Part shown: positions 19,492 through 29,496 of the stretch, in pieces
How positions within the stretch are numbered: position 1 is the stretch's first letter
Layout: each line of letters opens with the position of its first letter
NCBI GenBank assembly: GCA_963799485.1
Contig: CAWCXJ010000005.1
Location: forward strand, 160,001 to 224,000
Source of the DNA: an uncultured Trueperaceae bacterium
Lineage (GTDB): Bacteria; Deinococcota; Deinococci; Deinococcales; Trueperaceae
Length of the DNA stretch: 64,000 nt
Reading direction: 5' to 3'
Translations under genes and position numbers: made by a program
The notes under the pieces: model-generated
Database searches by the model: none
What the model saw: the letters and a program-made list of their open reading frames with translations, nothing else
What the model was told of the DNA's origin: nothing

Positions 19492-20292
19492 ATGGCTGAA
19501 GTCACGCTCGTTCCAACGCCGATCGGCAACCTAGAAGACATCACCTTGCGGGCGCTGCGTGTGCTGCACGAAGCCGACGTTATCGCTGCCGAAGATACCC
19601 GGCACAGCGGCAAGCTTTTGGCGCACTTCGAGATTTCGGGGCGGCTCGAGCGCCTAGACGCCCACACCATTACGGCTCGGGCTCCTGGGTTACTCGAGCA
19701 ATACACCCGCATCGCTTTCGTCACCGACGCCGGAACCCCCGGTTTATCCGACCCCGGCGTAGAACTCGTGCAGCTTGCGCTCGCGGGCGGACACAACGTC
19801 GAGGTGCTGCCCGGCCCGACCGCTCTGATTCCCGCCCTCGTCTTGTCCGGATTACCGCTTGCCCGCTTTTCTTACGAAGGTTTTTTGCCCCGTAAAGGGG
19901 CCTCCCGACGTGAACGCCTTACTGCTATCGCCAAAAGCCCGCAAACCGTCGCGTTTTACGAGTCGCCCAAACGTTTAGCGGCGACGCTGGACGACCTGAT
20001 TGAAGTGTGCGGCGAGGCCCGTTCGGTCAGCGTCTCTCGTGAACTGACCAAGCACTTTGAAACGACCTACCGAGGAACTTTGACTGAAGTGCGGGCGCAA
20101 CTCGCGGGCGAAGTCAAGGGCGAATGTGTGGTCGTGGTGGGGCCGAGAGAGACGCCTGAAACCGTGGACTTTTCCGGTTTGGCCGAGACGCTCGCCGAGT
20201 CGGGGCTGTCGGGGCGGGCGCTAAGAGAAGCGCTGACTGAGGCGGGTGCGCCGCGTAACTTGGCGTATGAGCTGGCTCTGGCGAACACTTAA
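19492..20292 (+). CDS. rsmI: 16S rRNA (cytidine1402-2'-O)-methyltransferase
   Basis: TPIGNLEDITLRAL, AAEDTR, VTDAGTPGLSDPG, FYESPKR and RELTKHFE motifs. Confidence 0.95.
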   Translation: MAEVTLVPTPIGNLEDITLRALRVLHEADVIAAEDTRHSGKLLAHFEISGRLERLDAHTITARAPGLLEQYTRIAFVTDAGTPGLSDPGVELVQLALAGGHNVEVLPGPTALIPALVLSGLPLARFSYEGFLPRKGASRRERLTAIAKSPQTVAFYESPKRLAATLDDLIEVCGEARSVSVSRELTKHFETTYRGTLTEVRAQLAGEVKGECVVVVGPRETPETVDFSGLAETLAESGLSGRALREALTEAGAPRNLAYELALANT

Positions 20293-20340
20293 AGCTACGG
20301 GTTCTGGCAGCGGCTCAAAGGTCTGGCGTATGCTGTGAGT

Positions 20341-20541
20341 ATGAAGGCTTGAGTCACAGAAAAAGGCGTCACTATTCCTAAAACGTTGCTCGCGGGTATT
20401 GACACCGTTGAAATCCGGAAAGAAAAAAATGTCATTACGGTTGCCCCTCTTGCAGACGACCCGATTTTGGGGCTTGGCAGTCAACCAGTCGAGGGCAAGG
20501 TCACAGACGCCTCAGAAAACCACGACGCTCATCTGTACTAA
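20341..20541 (+). pseudogene. AbrB-like antitoxin with an in-frame TGA at codon 4
   Basis: Translated by hand: MKA*VTEKGVTIPKTLLAGIDTVEIRKEKNVITVAPLADDPILGLGSQPVEGKVTDASENHDAHLY*. Leaderless TATGCT-N6-ATG start. Confidence 0.6.
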
Positions 20542-20637
20542 CAGCTTCTGATTTACCGTAGGCGTCGCAGTTTGTGCGTCACGCAGCTCACCCCGTAATT
20601 CAGCCTTGCCGTACCGTTAAACTGGGGTCAGATTTTT

Positions 20638-21237
20638 ATGCGACTGTTTCACTTTAGCGACGACCCTGATATTGATATCTTCACCCCTCGGCCTGTTCGT
20701 ATTCCGGTCGAAAGACCCGCTGGCATGGACTGGCTGAACGGCCCACTCGTCTGGGCGATAGACGACGCGCATGGGCCGATGTATCTGTTCCCCCGCGAGT
20801 GTCCGCGTATTTTGCTATGGGCCACGCCCGAAACAAAACGAGAAGATTACGACGACTGGTGGCGAGGAAGTCACAGCAAAATCCTGGCTTACGTTGAAAC
20901 GGCGTGGTTGGAGCGCGTAGAAACTGCAACGATTTACCGTTATGAGCTGCCAACGGCGACCTTTGAAGACCTTGACGACGCCGGGATGTGGGTCTCTAAA
21001 ACCGCCGTAAAACCTTTTGGACTCGAGACCCTCTCAAACCTGCCGCAAGAACATCAATTTCACGATGTTGAACTCCGGGCGCTCGAGACGCTCTTACCCC
21101 TTAAAGGTGTGTGGCAAACCTCGCTTCACGCCAGCGGTATCCGGCTGCGGAACGCTCAATATTGGGGCCAACCGGGATGGACGCATTCCAAACAGGGTAG
21201 AGTCGTTCCCAGCACAAAAGCTGACCGGGCAAGCTGA
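20638..21237 (+). CDS. Conserved hypothetical protein (DUF6886-like)
   Basis: MRLFHFSDDPDIDIFTPRP, LVWAID, YLFPRECPRI and SGIRLRNA motifs. Confidence 0.7.
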   Translation: MRLFHFSDDPDIDIFTPRPVRIPVERPAGMDWLNGPLVWAIDDAHGPMYLFPRECPRILLWATPETKREDYDDWWRGSHSKILAYVETAWLERVETATIYRYELPTATFEDLDDAGMWVSKTAVKPFGLETLSNLPQEHQFHDVELRALETLLPLKGVWQTSLHASGIRLRNAQYWGQPGWTHSKQGRVVPSTKADRAS

Positions 21238-21337
21238 ACAGCAGTTACGGGCACGGCGACTAAAGCTGTCTTTTACGCGCAAATCTCAGTCCGCTATTCC
21301 GGGTAAACTATAGAAGACGCCCGGAGGGGCTATTTTT

Positions 21338-24300
21338 ATGTCTCGAGCTGTACCTCCTACAACCCAAACGCCCACGCAAACAACGTCAAAACGGCTGCTC
21401 GGTCTGCCCGCAGTTGCCAGACTCATGCTTTTTACGCGGCAATCCGGCCCAGCGGTCTTGGTTACGACTTCGGAACGGCTCGAGCTGTTCCAGCAGAGTG
21501 GTGTTTTCGGTGAACCTGCCAGCCTCAACCCCACCCTGAGCGACTGGCCCGGCAAACGCGAAAAAGTTGTGCTTGACCTGAACAGTGCGCTGGCGGCGTT
21601 TCCGGTCAATCCCGAACGCTTCGCCCTGACGCTCAAACTCGGGCAGGATTACCCGCGTGAGGCGCTGTTGGCGCAGCTGGTAAGTTTCGGCTACCCGCGC
21701 GACGAACTGCCGGGATTCGTGGTGCGCGGCGACACCGTAACGCTTTACCTGAGCGAAAACGAAGAAGAGGAGTTGCGGCTCGAGTTTTTCGGTGATGAAC
21801 TCGACACCCTGACGCTCTTGGGCAAAACGGTCGAAAGCTACGTTCTAGCGCCGCGTGAAGATGCTGAGCTGGGCGACGCCGAAGACGCCTGGACGAGTCA
21901 CCTTTTGGAGCATCTCCCCGGCCCGGTCTTTCTGGATTCGTCTGAACTCTTTGCCGGTGAAATCAACTCGGGTGAGCTGGGCTGGTTTTGGGAACATTTG
22001 GGCGGGCGTGAAGTGGTGTCGTTCGGGCGTGACCTACTTTCGCTGCCGGACGAAAAAAGTGTGCTCGAGCCCCTCGGCTACTACCGGGGCAAGCTCACGA
22101 CTTTCGCGCGTGAGGCGAAAACGTGGCTTGAAGGCGGCTACAGCGTCACGCTCCTTTTACGGTTTGAACGTACCGGGCGGTATCTGCAGGAAAAAGTCCT
22201 GGACGGTGTTGAAACAAGCTGGGCGAACAAAGTTGCGGCGCAACCGGGCAAGCTGACCTTTGTTGCCGGGGCCGACACGCGCGGCGGCTACCGCGACGCT
22301 AAAGCCAAAGAAATCATCCTCACTGAAGACTTGCTTTACGGCTATCAGGGAACCAGACCCGGTGGCGTCGGTTCCAGAAAACTCTCCGGGCGGCGCGTGC
22401 AGGACACCGTGCAGCTCTCAGTGGGCGACTACCTGATTCACCCCGACCACGGTATCGGGCGCTTTTTGGGGCTCGAGCCGCGGCAAGTGTTGGGCGTCAC
22501 CCGCGACTACCTCATCCTCAAATACGCGGGCGAAGGCAAGCTCTACCTGCCGGTCGAACAGCTGCCGCTTTTACGGCGTCACCCCGGCACCACCGACGAC
22601 CCGCCGCGCCTTTCAACGCTAGGCACCAACGAGTGGGCGCGGGCGCGGGAAAAAGCCCGTGTCGGGGCCCAAGAACTCGCGCTCAAACTCATTCGCACCT
22701 ACGCCGAACGGCAGGTTCAGGCCGGTCTCTCGATGCCCGCAAACCCCGAATGGGACGCGCTCATCGAAGAGAACTGCCCTTTTACCCTGACGTCCGACCA
22801 GAAGGGCGCGGTGCAGGCGGTGTGGCGCGATATGGGTAAAGAAGTGCCGATGGACAGGTTGATTTCAGGCGATGTGGGTTTCGGTAAAACTGAAGTCGCC
22901 ATCCGCGCCGCGCACCGGGCTGTGGGTCACGGCAAACAGGTCGCCATGCTCGTCCCGACGACGGTTTTGGCCTCACAACACTTCGAGACGTATCAGGAAA
23001 GGTTCGGGGGGCTGCCGGTAAGGCTCGAGCTCTTATCCCGCTTCTCCTCGGACCGTGAAGCCCGTGACACTATCAAAGGCCTCAAAGACGGCACCGTTGA
23101 TATTGTCATCGGCACGCATAGACTTTTGTCCGAAGAGATCACCTTCAAGGATTTAGGACTTTTAATCGTAGACGAAGAGCACCGCTTCGGCGTCGGGCAA
23201 AAAGAGCGGATGAAGGCGATGAAAGCGAACCTCGATGTGCTTTCACTTTCTGCCACACCGATTCCCCGGACGCTCTATATGAGCCTCGTGGGTCTGCGCG
23301 ACGTGTCGCAGATTATGACGCCGCCGGCGGGCCGCCAGCCGATTCAAACCGTCTTGCAACCCTTCGACCCGATGGTCGCGCGTGAGGCGGTGATGTTTGA
23401 ACTCGAGCGCGGCGGCAAAACCTTCTACATTCACGACCGCGTGGGTTCGATGGGTTCCAAAGCACTGTGGCTGCAAAAACTCGTCCCTGAAGCGCGGATC
23501 GGGGTGGCACACGGACAGATGGGCGGCGATGAGCTCGAGGAAGTGATGCTCAACTTTACCGAGGGTGCGTATGACATCTTGCTCGCTACAACCATCGTCG
23601 AATCGGGTTTGGACGTGGCGGGCGCGAACACCTTGGTGATCGAACGCGCCGACAAACTCGGGTTGGCGCAGCTCTATCAGCTCCGGGGCCGCGTCGGGCG
23701 ACGCTCGACCGAAGCGTGGGCGTACCTGCTCTATCCGGGCCGCTTGACCGAACAGGCGCAGCGCAGGCTTTACGCCTTGGCTGAACTCAACGACTTGGGC
23801 AGCGGGCACCTGCTAGCCGAAAAAGATATGGAGATTCGCGGCGTCGGCAACCTCTTAGGCCCCGAACAGCACGGCAGTATCAGCGCGGTGTCGCTCGAGG
23901 TCTACACCGAAATGCTCGCTGAAGAGATTGCCAAACTCAAGGGTGAAGCCGCAACTGAGGCCCGTAAAGCCGTCGCTATCGATCTGAACCTAGACGCCCG
24001 CCTGAGCCCCTCGTATATCGCCGATGACGACGCCCGTATCGCCTACTACGGCAGGTTGTCCGAAACCGACTCTTTAGCCGAGGTCGGGCGCGTGCAGCGC
24101 GAGTTGCGCGAACGTTACGGGCCGCTGCCGCCTGAAGTCAAGGTATTCACCGAGCTGGTCAAACTGCGGCTGTTAGCGGCGCAAAAAGGTGTTACGTCGA
24201 TTTCAGAGCACATGAGCGACGTGCAGCTCTCATTTGAGGGCGAAAGCTTGGACTACGACGCCCGCAAACTCAAAAGCTTGCCTTTTACCGCCGAAGCGAC

Positions 24301-24394
24301 GCGCTACCCACCGGGTTTCAGCATCAAAAAGCGTGGGATTAAAGGTGATGAACTGCTGGGCGCAATCAGCGACGTGCTCTACCTGACCGCTTAG
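21338..24394 (+). CDS. mfd: Transcription-repair coupling factor
   Basis: CarD/RID region HPDHGIGRF, GDVGFGKTEVA, DEEHRFGV, SATPIPRT, QLRGRVGR and a TRG motif. Confidence 0.97.
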   Translation: MSRAVPPTTQTPTQTTSKRLLGLPAVARLMLFTRQSGPAVLVTTSERLELFQQSGVFGEPASLNPTLSDWPGKREKVVLDLNSALAAFPVNPERFALTLKLGQDYPREALLAQLVSFGYPRDELPGFVVRGDTVTLYLSENEEEELRLEFFGDELDTLTLLGKTVESYVLAPREDAELGDAEDAWTSHLLEHLPGPVFLDSSELFAGEINSGELGWFWEHLGGREVVSFGRDLLSLPDEKSVLEPLGYYRGKLTTFAREAKTWLEGGYSVTLLLRFERTGRYLQEKVLDGVETSWANKVAAQPGKLTFVAGADTRGGYRDAKAKEIILTEDLLYGYQGTRPGGVGSRKLSGRRVQDTVQLSVGDYLIHPDHGIGRFLGLEPRQVLGVTRDYLILKYAGEGKLYLPVEQLPLLRRHPGTTDDPPRLSTLGTNEWARAREKARVGAQELALKLIRTYAERQVQAGLSMPANPEWDALIEENCPFTLTSDQKGAVQAVWRDMGKEVPMDRLISGDVGFGKTEVAIRAAHRAVGHGKQVAMLVPTTVLASQHFETYQERFGGLPVRLELLSRFSSDREARDTIKGLKDGTVDIVIGTHRLLSEEITFKDLGLLIVDEEHRFGVGQKERMKAMKANLDVLSLSATPIPRTLYMSLVGLRDVSQIMTPPAGRQPIQTVLQPFDPMVAREAVMFELERGGKTFYIHDRVGSMGSKALWLQKLVPEARIGVAHGQMGGDELEEVMLNFTEGAYDILLATTIVESGLDVAGANTLVIERADKLGLAQLYQLRGRVGRRSTEAWAYLLYPGRLTEQAQRRLYALAELNDLGSGHLLAEKDMEIRGVGNLLGPEQHGSISAVSLEVYTEMLAEEIAKLKGEAATEARKAVAIDLNLDARLSPSYIADDDARIAYYGRLSETDSLAEVGRVQRELRERYGPLPPEVKVFTELVKLRLLAAQKGVTSISEHMSDVQLSFEGESLDYDARKLKSLPFTAEATRYPPGFSIKKRGIKGDELLGAISDVLYLTA

Positions 24395-24398
24395 CCGT

Positions 24399-24448
24399 GA
24401 CGAGACACAAAAAAAGAGCAGCACCTGGCTGCCCTTTCTTGTGTCGTC
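24399..24448. terminator. Bidirectional terminator-like hairpin
   Basis: GACACAAAAAAAGAGCAGC...GCTGCCCTTTCTTGTGTC between convergent genes. Confidence 0.65.
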
Positions 24449-24453
24449 AGGTT

Positions 24454-24954
24454 TTAGAAGTGGTAGTTAATACCCAAGGAAACGCGCGGCTCAAATTTGA
24501 GCGGAACAGTAAGCCCTGAGCCTAGCTCGACATAAAAGCCGAGTTCACGGTTAAAGCGGTACTCGCCGCCCGCAAAAGCAGCTAGACTGATAGTAGGTGA
24601 CTCAAACGCAAAGGTGGTACCAAGTCCGAGCGACGGGCCACCGTAAATCTGAATGGCATTTTCGATCTGCGTGATGTCGAACATCGCGTCAGCGCTAAGG
24701 GAGATGTTACCGGTATAGATAACGTCACCTGAAAGGCGAAAACGCAGATCCGGGTTGGTACCGAACAGGTCAACGTTCTCGAGTCCGTAGTGCAACCCTA
24801 AAGGAAGGGGCAGCGAAGCGCCGACAAACTGGGTTGTGTCGAACTCTACGCCCGCTTGCGGCTCGATGTTTACGTTCAAATCTACATCGGTCTGGGCAAA
24901 CGCTACGCCTGTCAGAAGAATCATGCCCGCCATCGTTGCCAGTAGTTTACGCAT
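24454..24954 (-). CDS. Small outer-membrane beta-barrel-like protein
   Basis: Signal peptide (AFA-Q), alternating beta-strand pattern, C-terminal SLGINYHF; GGAGG RBS. Confidence 0.7.
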   Translation of the reverse strand: MRKLLATMAGMILLTGVAFAQTDVDLNVNIEPQAGVEFDTTQFVGASLPLPLGLHYGLENVDLFGTNPDLRFRLSGDVIYTGNISLSADAMFDITQIENAIQIYGGPSLGLGTTFAFESPTISLAAFAGGEYRFNRELGFYVELGSGLTVPLKFEPRVSLGINYHF

Positions 24955-25100
24955 ATCTAACCTCCAGAAATCATGTGAACAGACTTGAGCTACTGTTCAC
25001 GTTCATGCGGTTATATCACGGGGTTTTAGCGGGTAACAAGTAGGGGAGACTACAGCTTTTGTGCAAACAAGCTACAATCTGCTGCCGCGCCGGGTGCAGA

Positions 25101-25451
25101 TCACTCGCTGCCGCTGCGCTCGAGGTACCGCTTACGTGCGTCCCTGACCCGCTGCGACGCCCGGTTACAAGGCGGCAGCGCCTCGTATTTAGCCAAATAT
25201 TGCCGTAAAAGCTCGGCTTCTTCGGAACGCGGCACCCGGCTGTAACGGCTCCGCCAATAGACAGCATCCTCAGTGATGCACACATTTTTGCCCAGATGCT
25301 GACGAATACGGTTCGGCACGTCTTTGGTGGACTGACCGATATAGACGACCTGTTTTTTCGCGTCGGCGAGTTCATACACGCCCGGCTCGGCGTCACGTCC
25401 GCGTTTGGGTGGGAGCGCGTCTAGTCTGCGCCAGCGTGCGCTGATTGGCAT
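25101..25451 (-). CDS. Stand-alone GIY-YIG nuclease-family protein
   Basis: PGVYEL...VVYIGQS...RIRQH...EAELL...LPPCN. Confidence 0.75.
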   Translation of the reverse strand: MPISARWRRLDALPPKRGRDAEPGVYELADAKKQVVYIGQSTKDVPNRIRQHLGKNVCITEDAVYWRSRYSRVPRSEEAELLRQYLAKYEALPPCNRASQRVRDARKRYLERSGSE

Positions 25452-25466
25452 GGATTCTTAACAACC

Positions 25467-26480
25467 TCAGCTTTCGTAGCCGAGTTCGCGTAAAGATTCC
25501 GGGTCTTCACGCCACGATTTGTGCACGGCGACCTCGAGGTCCAAGTACACACCCCGGTTCAGGAAAATCTCGAGCTGCTTTCTGGCCGTGCGCCCGATTT
25601 CCCGGATCATGCTGCCGCCTTTACCCAAAACGATCATCCGGTGATTCGAGCGCTCGACCCAGATTTCTGCCAGGATGTAAACGAGGTCGTCCGAACCCTC
25701 CTCCGGGTCGCGCCACTCCAGCACCTGCACCGCCACCGCGTAAGGGAGTTCCTGGCGCAGGTGCGTCATCGCGCTCTCCCGGACGATTTCACCGGCCCAG
25801 GTTTCGCGGGACTGGTCGCTGCGGATGTTGTCCGGGAAAAAGAAGGGGCCGGGCTGGAGTTCGCTTAAGAGTTCGCTGCGCAAACGGTAAACCGCTCCTG
25901 GGTCGCTCTGGGCGCTCAAGCTGTAGCTGCGGCTTAGCGTCGGCACGAGGTCGCGGTAAAGACTCAGAGCTTCGTCCGGATACTTGGCGGCGTCGAGCTT
26001 GTTGCCGACCAGGTAAATACGCGTGTCGGGGCTGAGGCTGCGCAGGAGCCGAGCCACGTCCTTGTCTTCGTCTCCGGGTGGGCGGCGCAAATCGACGAGC
26101 CACAAAATCACGTCAACGTCTACTACAGCGTTTCTGACTTCGCGGTTCATGTATTCGCCCAACGCGTCTTTAGGCCGGTGAAATCCGGGGGTATCGACGA
26201 ATACGAGCTGCCGGTCGCCTTCGGTAAAGATACCGCGCACACCGCGCCGGGTCGTTTGCGGCTTGGCGGTAATCGGCGCGACTTTTACGCCCAAAAGCGT
26301 GTTTAGAAGCGTAGATTTGCCGACGTTGGGTTTGCCCAAAATGGCGACGAAACCGGAATAGGTTTTGGGTGAATCCACCTCCAGCATGTCGTTATCTAAG
26401 GCTTGCGCCTCTAAAGTTCCTGTCTCTAAGGTCTCTGTTTCTGCAAGCTCGGGCGAGGTGGTCTCTGAAGGTTCAGACAT
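25467..26480 (-). CDS. era: GTPase Era
   Basis: [29 protein letters not shown] and the KH-domain [13 protein letters not shown] motif. Confidence 0.97.
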   Translation of the reverse strand: MSEPSETTSPELAETETLETGTLEAQALDNDMLEVDSPKTYSGFVAILGKPNVGKSTLLNTLLGVKVAPITAKPQTTRRGVRGIFTEGDRQLVFVDTPGFHRPKDALGEYMNREVRNAVVDVDVILWLVDLRRPPGDEDKDVARLLRSLSPDTRIYLVGNKLDAAKYPDEALSLYRDLVPTLSRSYSLSAQSDPGAVYRLRSELLSELQPGPFFFPDNIRSDQSRETWAGEIVRESAMTHLRQELPYAVAVQVLEWRDPEEGSDDLVYILAEIWVERSNHRMIVLGKGGSMIREIGRTARKQLEIFLNRGVYLDLEVAVHKSWREDPESLRELGYES

Positions 26481-26804
26481 GTCAAACTCCCTTTTGCCGC
26501 GCGCTTTACCGTGCGGCGAGAACGCTCATTATAGCGCCCCCGGTCTTGTGGGATTTGCCTGTGGCCTAATGTCGAACCCGGTCAGGGGTATGCGGAACCG
26601 GCTTCTTTTACTTTGGCGGCGTGCGCTGACGGGTTGTGGTCTCGAGTAAACTGCCTATTAGAGACGAGTTGCCATCTGTTTACCGCTTCTTTGGCCCCCG
26701 GTGCAGCTACGTTGCTACTCGCCGCTCACCTACCCACCGCAGCGTTTCCCGCAAAACCTCACAAAAGGGTGTTCAAAAACGCTGAATTGTGCTAACTTTA
26801 AGAA

Positions 26805-27590
26805 GTGACCACCGATAATACGCTGGTGCCTGCCGAGCGCCATCAGCATATCCTGCGTCTAGCCTTGGGTGAGCGCATCGTCCGCATCAAAGACCTCGCG
26901 CGGAGTCTGGGCGTCCACGAGATGACGATTCGCCGCGACCTCGACACGCTCGCCGACCAGGGTTTGCTGCAACGCGTTCACGGCGGCGCGCGCCTGACGC
27001 AGCAAGCAGGCGCAGAAGTTGCCTACACGATGCGCGCGACGCAGCAGTTAGGCGCAAAGGCGCGTATCGCGCAGGCGGCGCTGTCTCTTGTTCAAGAGGG
27101 TGACGCGGTAGGCTTCGACGCCAGCACGACGGCGCTGACCCTCGCGCAGCGACTCGGTCGGGTACAAGTTCAGGCGGTCGTCACGGGTTTGGACGTTGCC
27201 AACGCGCTCGCCGCCGCAAAAGTCCCGTTTACACTGATCGGCGGCACCTTTCACGAACGGGCGCGCTCGTTTGTCGGGAGCATGGTGACGCAGGGTTTGT
27301 CGCGGCTCCACCTCGATACAGTCTTTTTCTCCGCCAAGGGGTTTTCGGTGCAGGCCGGGTTTACCGACGCGCACCTGCCCGAAGTCGAGGTCAAAGAGCG
27401 GCTGATTGCAGCCGGAAGAGAAATTGTGGCGCTCCTCGACAGCTCGAAAGTCGGGCATGAGGCGTTTAGCAAAATCGTCGGCTTAGAGAAAATCGACGTA
27501 CTGATTACCGACGCCGAACCGTCCGAAGAACTCCGGGAGGCGCTCGCTGCCGCCGACGTTCGGCTCATCGTCGCTGAGGAGGAAGGGTGA
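26805..27590 (+). CDS. DeoR/GlpR-family regulator (probable rhamnose regulator)
   Basis: EMTIRRDL...RVHGGA helix-turn-helix; DASTT and DSSK motifs; first gene of the rhamnose operon. Confidence 0.9.
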   Translation: MTTDNTLVPAERHQHILRLALGERIVRIKDLARSLGVHEMTIRRDLDTLADQGLLQRVHGGARLTQQAGAEVAYTMRATQQLGAKARIAQAALSLVQEGDAVGFDASTTALTLAQRLGRVQVQAVVTGLDVANALAAAKVPFTLIGGTFHERARSFVGSMVTQGLSRLHLDTVFFSAKGFSVQAGFTDAHLPEVEVKERLIAAGREIVALLDSSKVGHEAFSKIVGLEKIDVLITDAEPSEELREALAAADVRLIVAEEEG

Positions 27591-28756
27591 ATCAGGCTGT
27601 TTTAGAGGCTCTACGCGCGCAAGCTATCGAAACGCCGTCGTGGGGTTACGGCGACACCGGCACCCGTTTCAAGACGTTTGCGTACCCCGGCGCAGCCCGG
27701 AACGTGTGGGAAAAAATCGCGGACGCCGCCGTCATTCATAAACTTACGGGCGTCGCCCCGCGTGTCGCGCTGCATATTCCGTGGGACAAGGTAGAAGACT
27801 GGGCCGAGCTTAAAGATTTTGCCGAAGGTTTAGGCGTCGGTATCGGCGCAATCAACCCGAACGTGTTTCAAGACGAAGCGTACAAACTCGGGTCGTTAGG
27901 ACACCCGGACGCCAAGGTGAGGCGGAAGGCTGTGGGGCAGCTGCTGGGGTGCTGTGACGTAATGCGTGAAACCGGTGCGAAAGACCTCTCGCTCTGGTTT
28001 GCCGACGGCACGAATTACGCCGGTCAGGACAGTTTACGGGAACGTAAAGCGCACTTTGAAGAAGGTTTAGCCGAGGTTTACGCCGCGCTGCCCGAAGGCG
28101 GTCGGATGCTTTTAGAGTACAAACCCTTCGAGCCCGCTTTTTACGCGACAGACATTGCCGACTGGGGCATGGCCTACGCACACTGTCTTAAACTCGGGCC
28201 GAAAGCCCAAGTTTTAGTGGATTTGGGCCACCACCTGCAGGGCACCAACATCGAGCAGATTGTCGCGTTTTTGCTCTCCGAAGAAAAACTCGGCGGGTTT
28301 CACTTTAACAGCCGCCGTTACGCCGACGACGACCTGATTGTCGGCAGCAAAGACCCCTTTGAGCTGTTTTGTATCTACACCGAACTCATCAAGGCCCGTC
28401 ACGACGACCTGCCCGGAGCCGAGCGCGTCGTCTATATGATCGACCAGAGCCACAACATCGAACCGAAGTTGGAGGCCATGCTGCTCTCGGTTCTCAATTG
28501 TCAAGAGGCGTATGCCAAAGCGTTGCAGCTGGACTTTACGGCGCTTTCGGAACGGCAGCAGCAAGGAGACGTTCTGGGCGCACACGAAGTCTTGATGGAC
28601 GCGTTTAGAACCGACGTGCGGCCTCTTTTACGGGAGTTCCGGGAGACGTCAGGGCTAGACCCCAACCCTATGCAAGCGTTGAAACAAGGCGGCTACGCGG
28701 AGAAAAACGCCTCAGAGCGCGGCACCGCCACCGGTGGCGGCGGCTATCCGAGCTGA
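27587..28756 (+). CDS. rhaI: L-rhamnose isomerase (RhaI type)
   Basis: [46 protein letters not shown]...YADDDL and DQSHN motifs. Confidence 0.9.
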   Translation: MNQAVLEALRAQAIETPSWGYGDTGTRFKTFAYPGAARNVWEKIADAAVIHKLTGVAPRVALHIPWDKVEDWAELKDFAEGLGVGIGAINPNVFQDEAYKLGSLGHPDAKVRRKAVGQLLGCCDVMRETGAKDLSLWFADGTNYAGQDSLRERKAHFEEGLAEVYAALPEGGRMLLEYKPFEPAFYATDIADWGMAYAHCLKLGPKAQVLVDLGHHLQGTNIEQIVAFLLSEEKLGGFHFNSRRYADDDLIVGSKDPFELFCIYTELIKARHDDLPGAERVVYMIDQSHNIEPKLEAMLLSVLNCQEAYAKALQLDFTALSERQQQGDVLGAHEVLMDAFRTDVRPLLREFRETSGLDPNPMQALKQGGYAEKNASERGTATGGGGYPS

Positions 28757-29496
28757 TGCGCGTCTCGTTATTTATCACCTGCTACACCGACACGCTTTTT
28801 CCCGAAACCGGGCGGGCGGTGGTCGAGGTGTTAGAACGGCTCGGTCACACCGTAGACTTTCCCGAAGCGCAGACGTGTTGCGGGCAGATGCACGTGAATA
28901 CCGGGTATCAGCAAGAGGCGCTGCTGCTGGTGCGTCACTTTGCCGAAACGTTTCGGGACGCCGAAGTTATCGTCTCGCCGTCGGCGTCTTGTGTCGGTTT
29001 GGTGCGCGAGCTTTATCCGGAGCTGGCGCGGCGTACCGGAGATGATACGCTCGTCACCGAAGTCGAAGCGCTTTCTCAAAAAGTCCTCGAGTTTTCCGAG
29101 TTTCTGGTCAAACTGGGTGTGTCGGACGTGGGCGCGTACTACCCACACCGCGTCACCTACCATCCGACGTGTCACAGTTTACGGGGGCTTAAAATCGGCG
29201 ACGCGCCTATCAAGCTGTTAGAGAACGTACGGGGCCTCGAGCTCGTCCCCTTAGAAAACGCCGCCGAGTGCTGCGGTTTCGGCGGCACCTTTGCCATCAA
29301 AAACGCCGATACCAGCACCGCCATGCTCTCCGACAAGGTGCGCTGCATCCTAAACGGTCGCGCCGAAGTCTGCGCCGCTGTAGACAATTCGTGCCTGATG
29401 CATATCGGCGGGGCGCTCCACCGGGGGCGCACGGGCGTGCGGACGGTTCATCTCGCCGAGATTTTGGCCTCGCGGGAAGGGGACACGCATGTCTAA
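28756..29496 (+). CDS. lutA: L-lactate utilisation Fe-S protein
   Basis: Two CCG domains (QTCCGQ, ECCGFGGTF) and YHPTCH. Confidence 0.9.
   Translation: MRVSLFITCYTDTLFPETGRAVVEVLERLGHTVDFPEAQTCCGQMHVNTGYQQEALLLVRHFAETFRDAEVIVSPSASCVGLVRELYPELARRTGDDTLVTEVEALSQKVLEFSEFLVKLGVSDVGAYYPHRVTYHPTCHSLRGLKIGDAPIKLLENVRGLELVPLENAAECCGFGGTFAIKNADTSTAMLSDKVRCILNGRAEVCAAVDNSCLMHIGGALHRGRTGVRTVHLAEILASREGDTHV

Noticed and set aside
20341..20352. Selenocysteine or readthrough at the in-frame TGA
   Set aside because: The position is not a redox Cys site and no SECIS-like hairpin is evident; a nonsense mutation is simpler.
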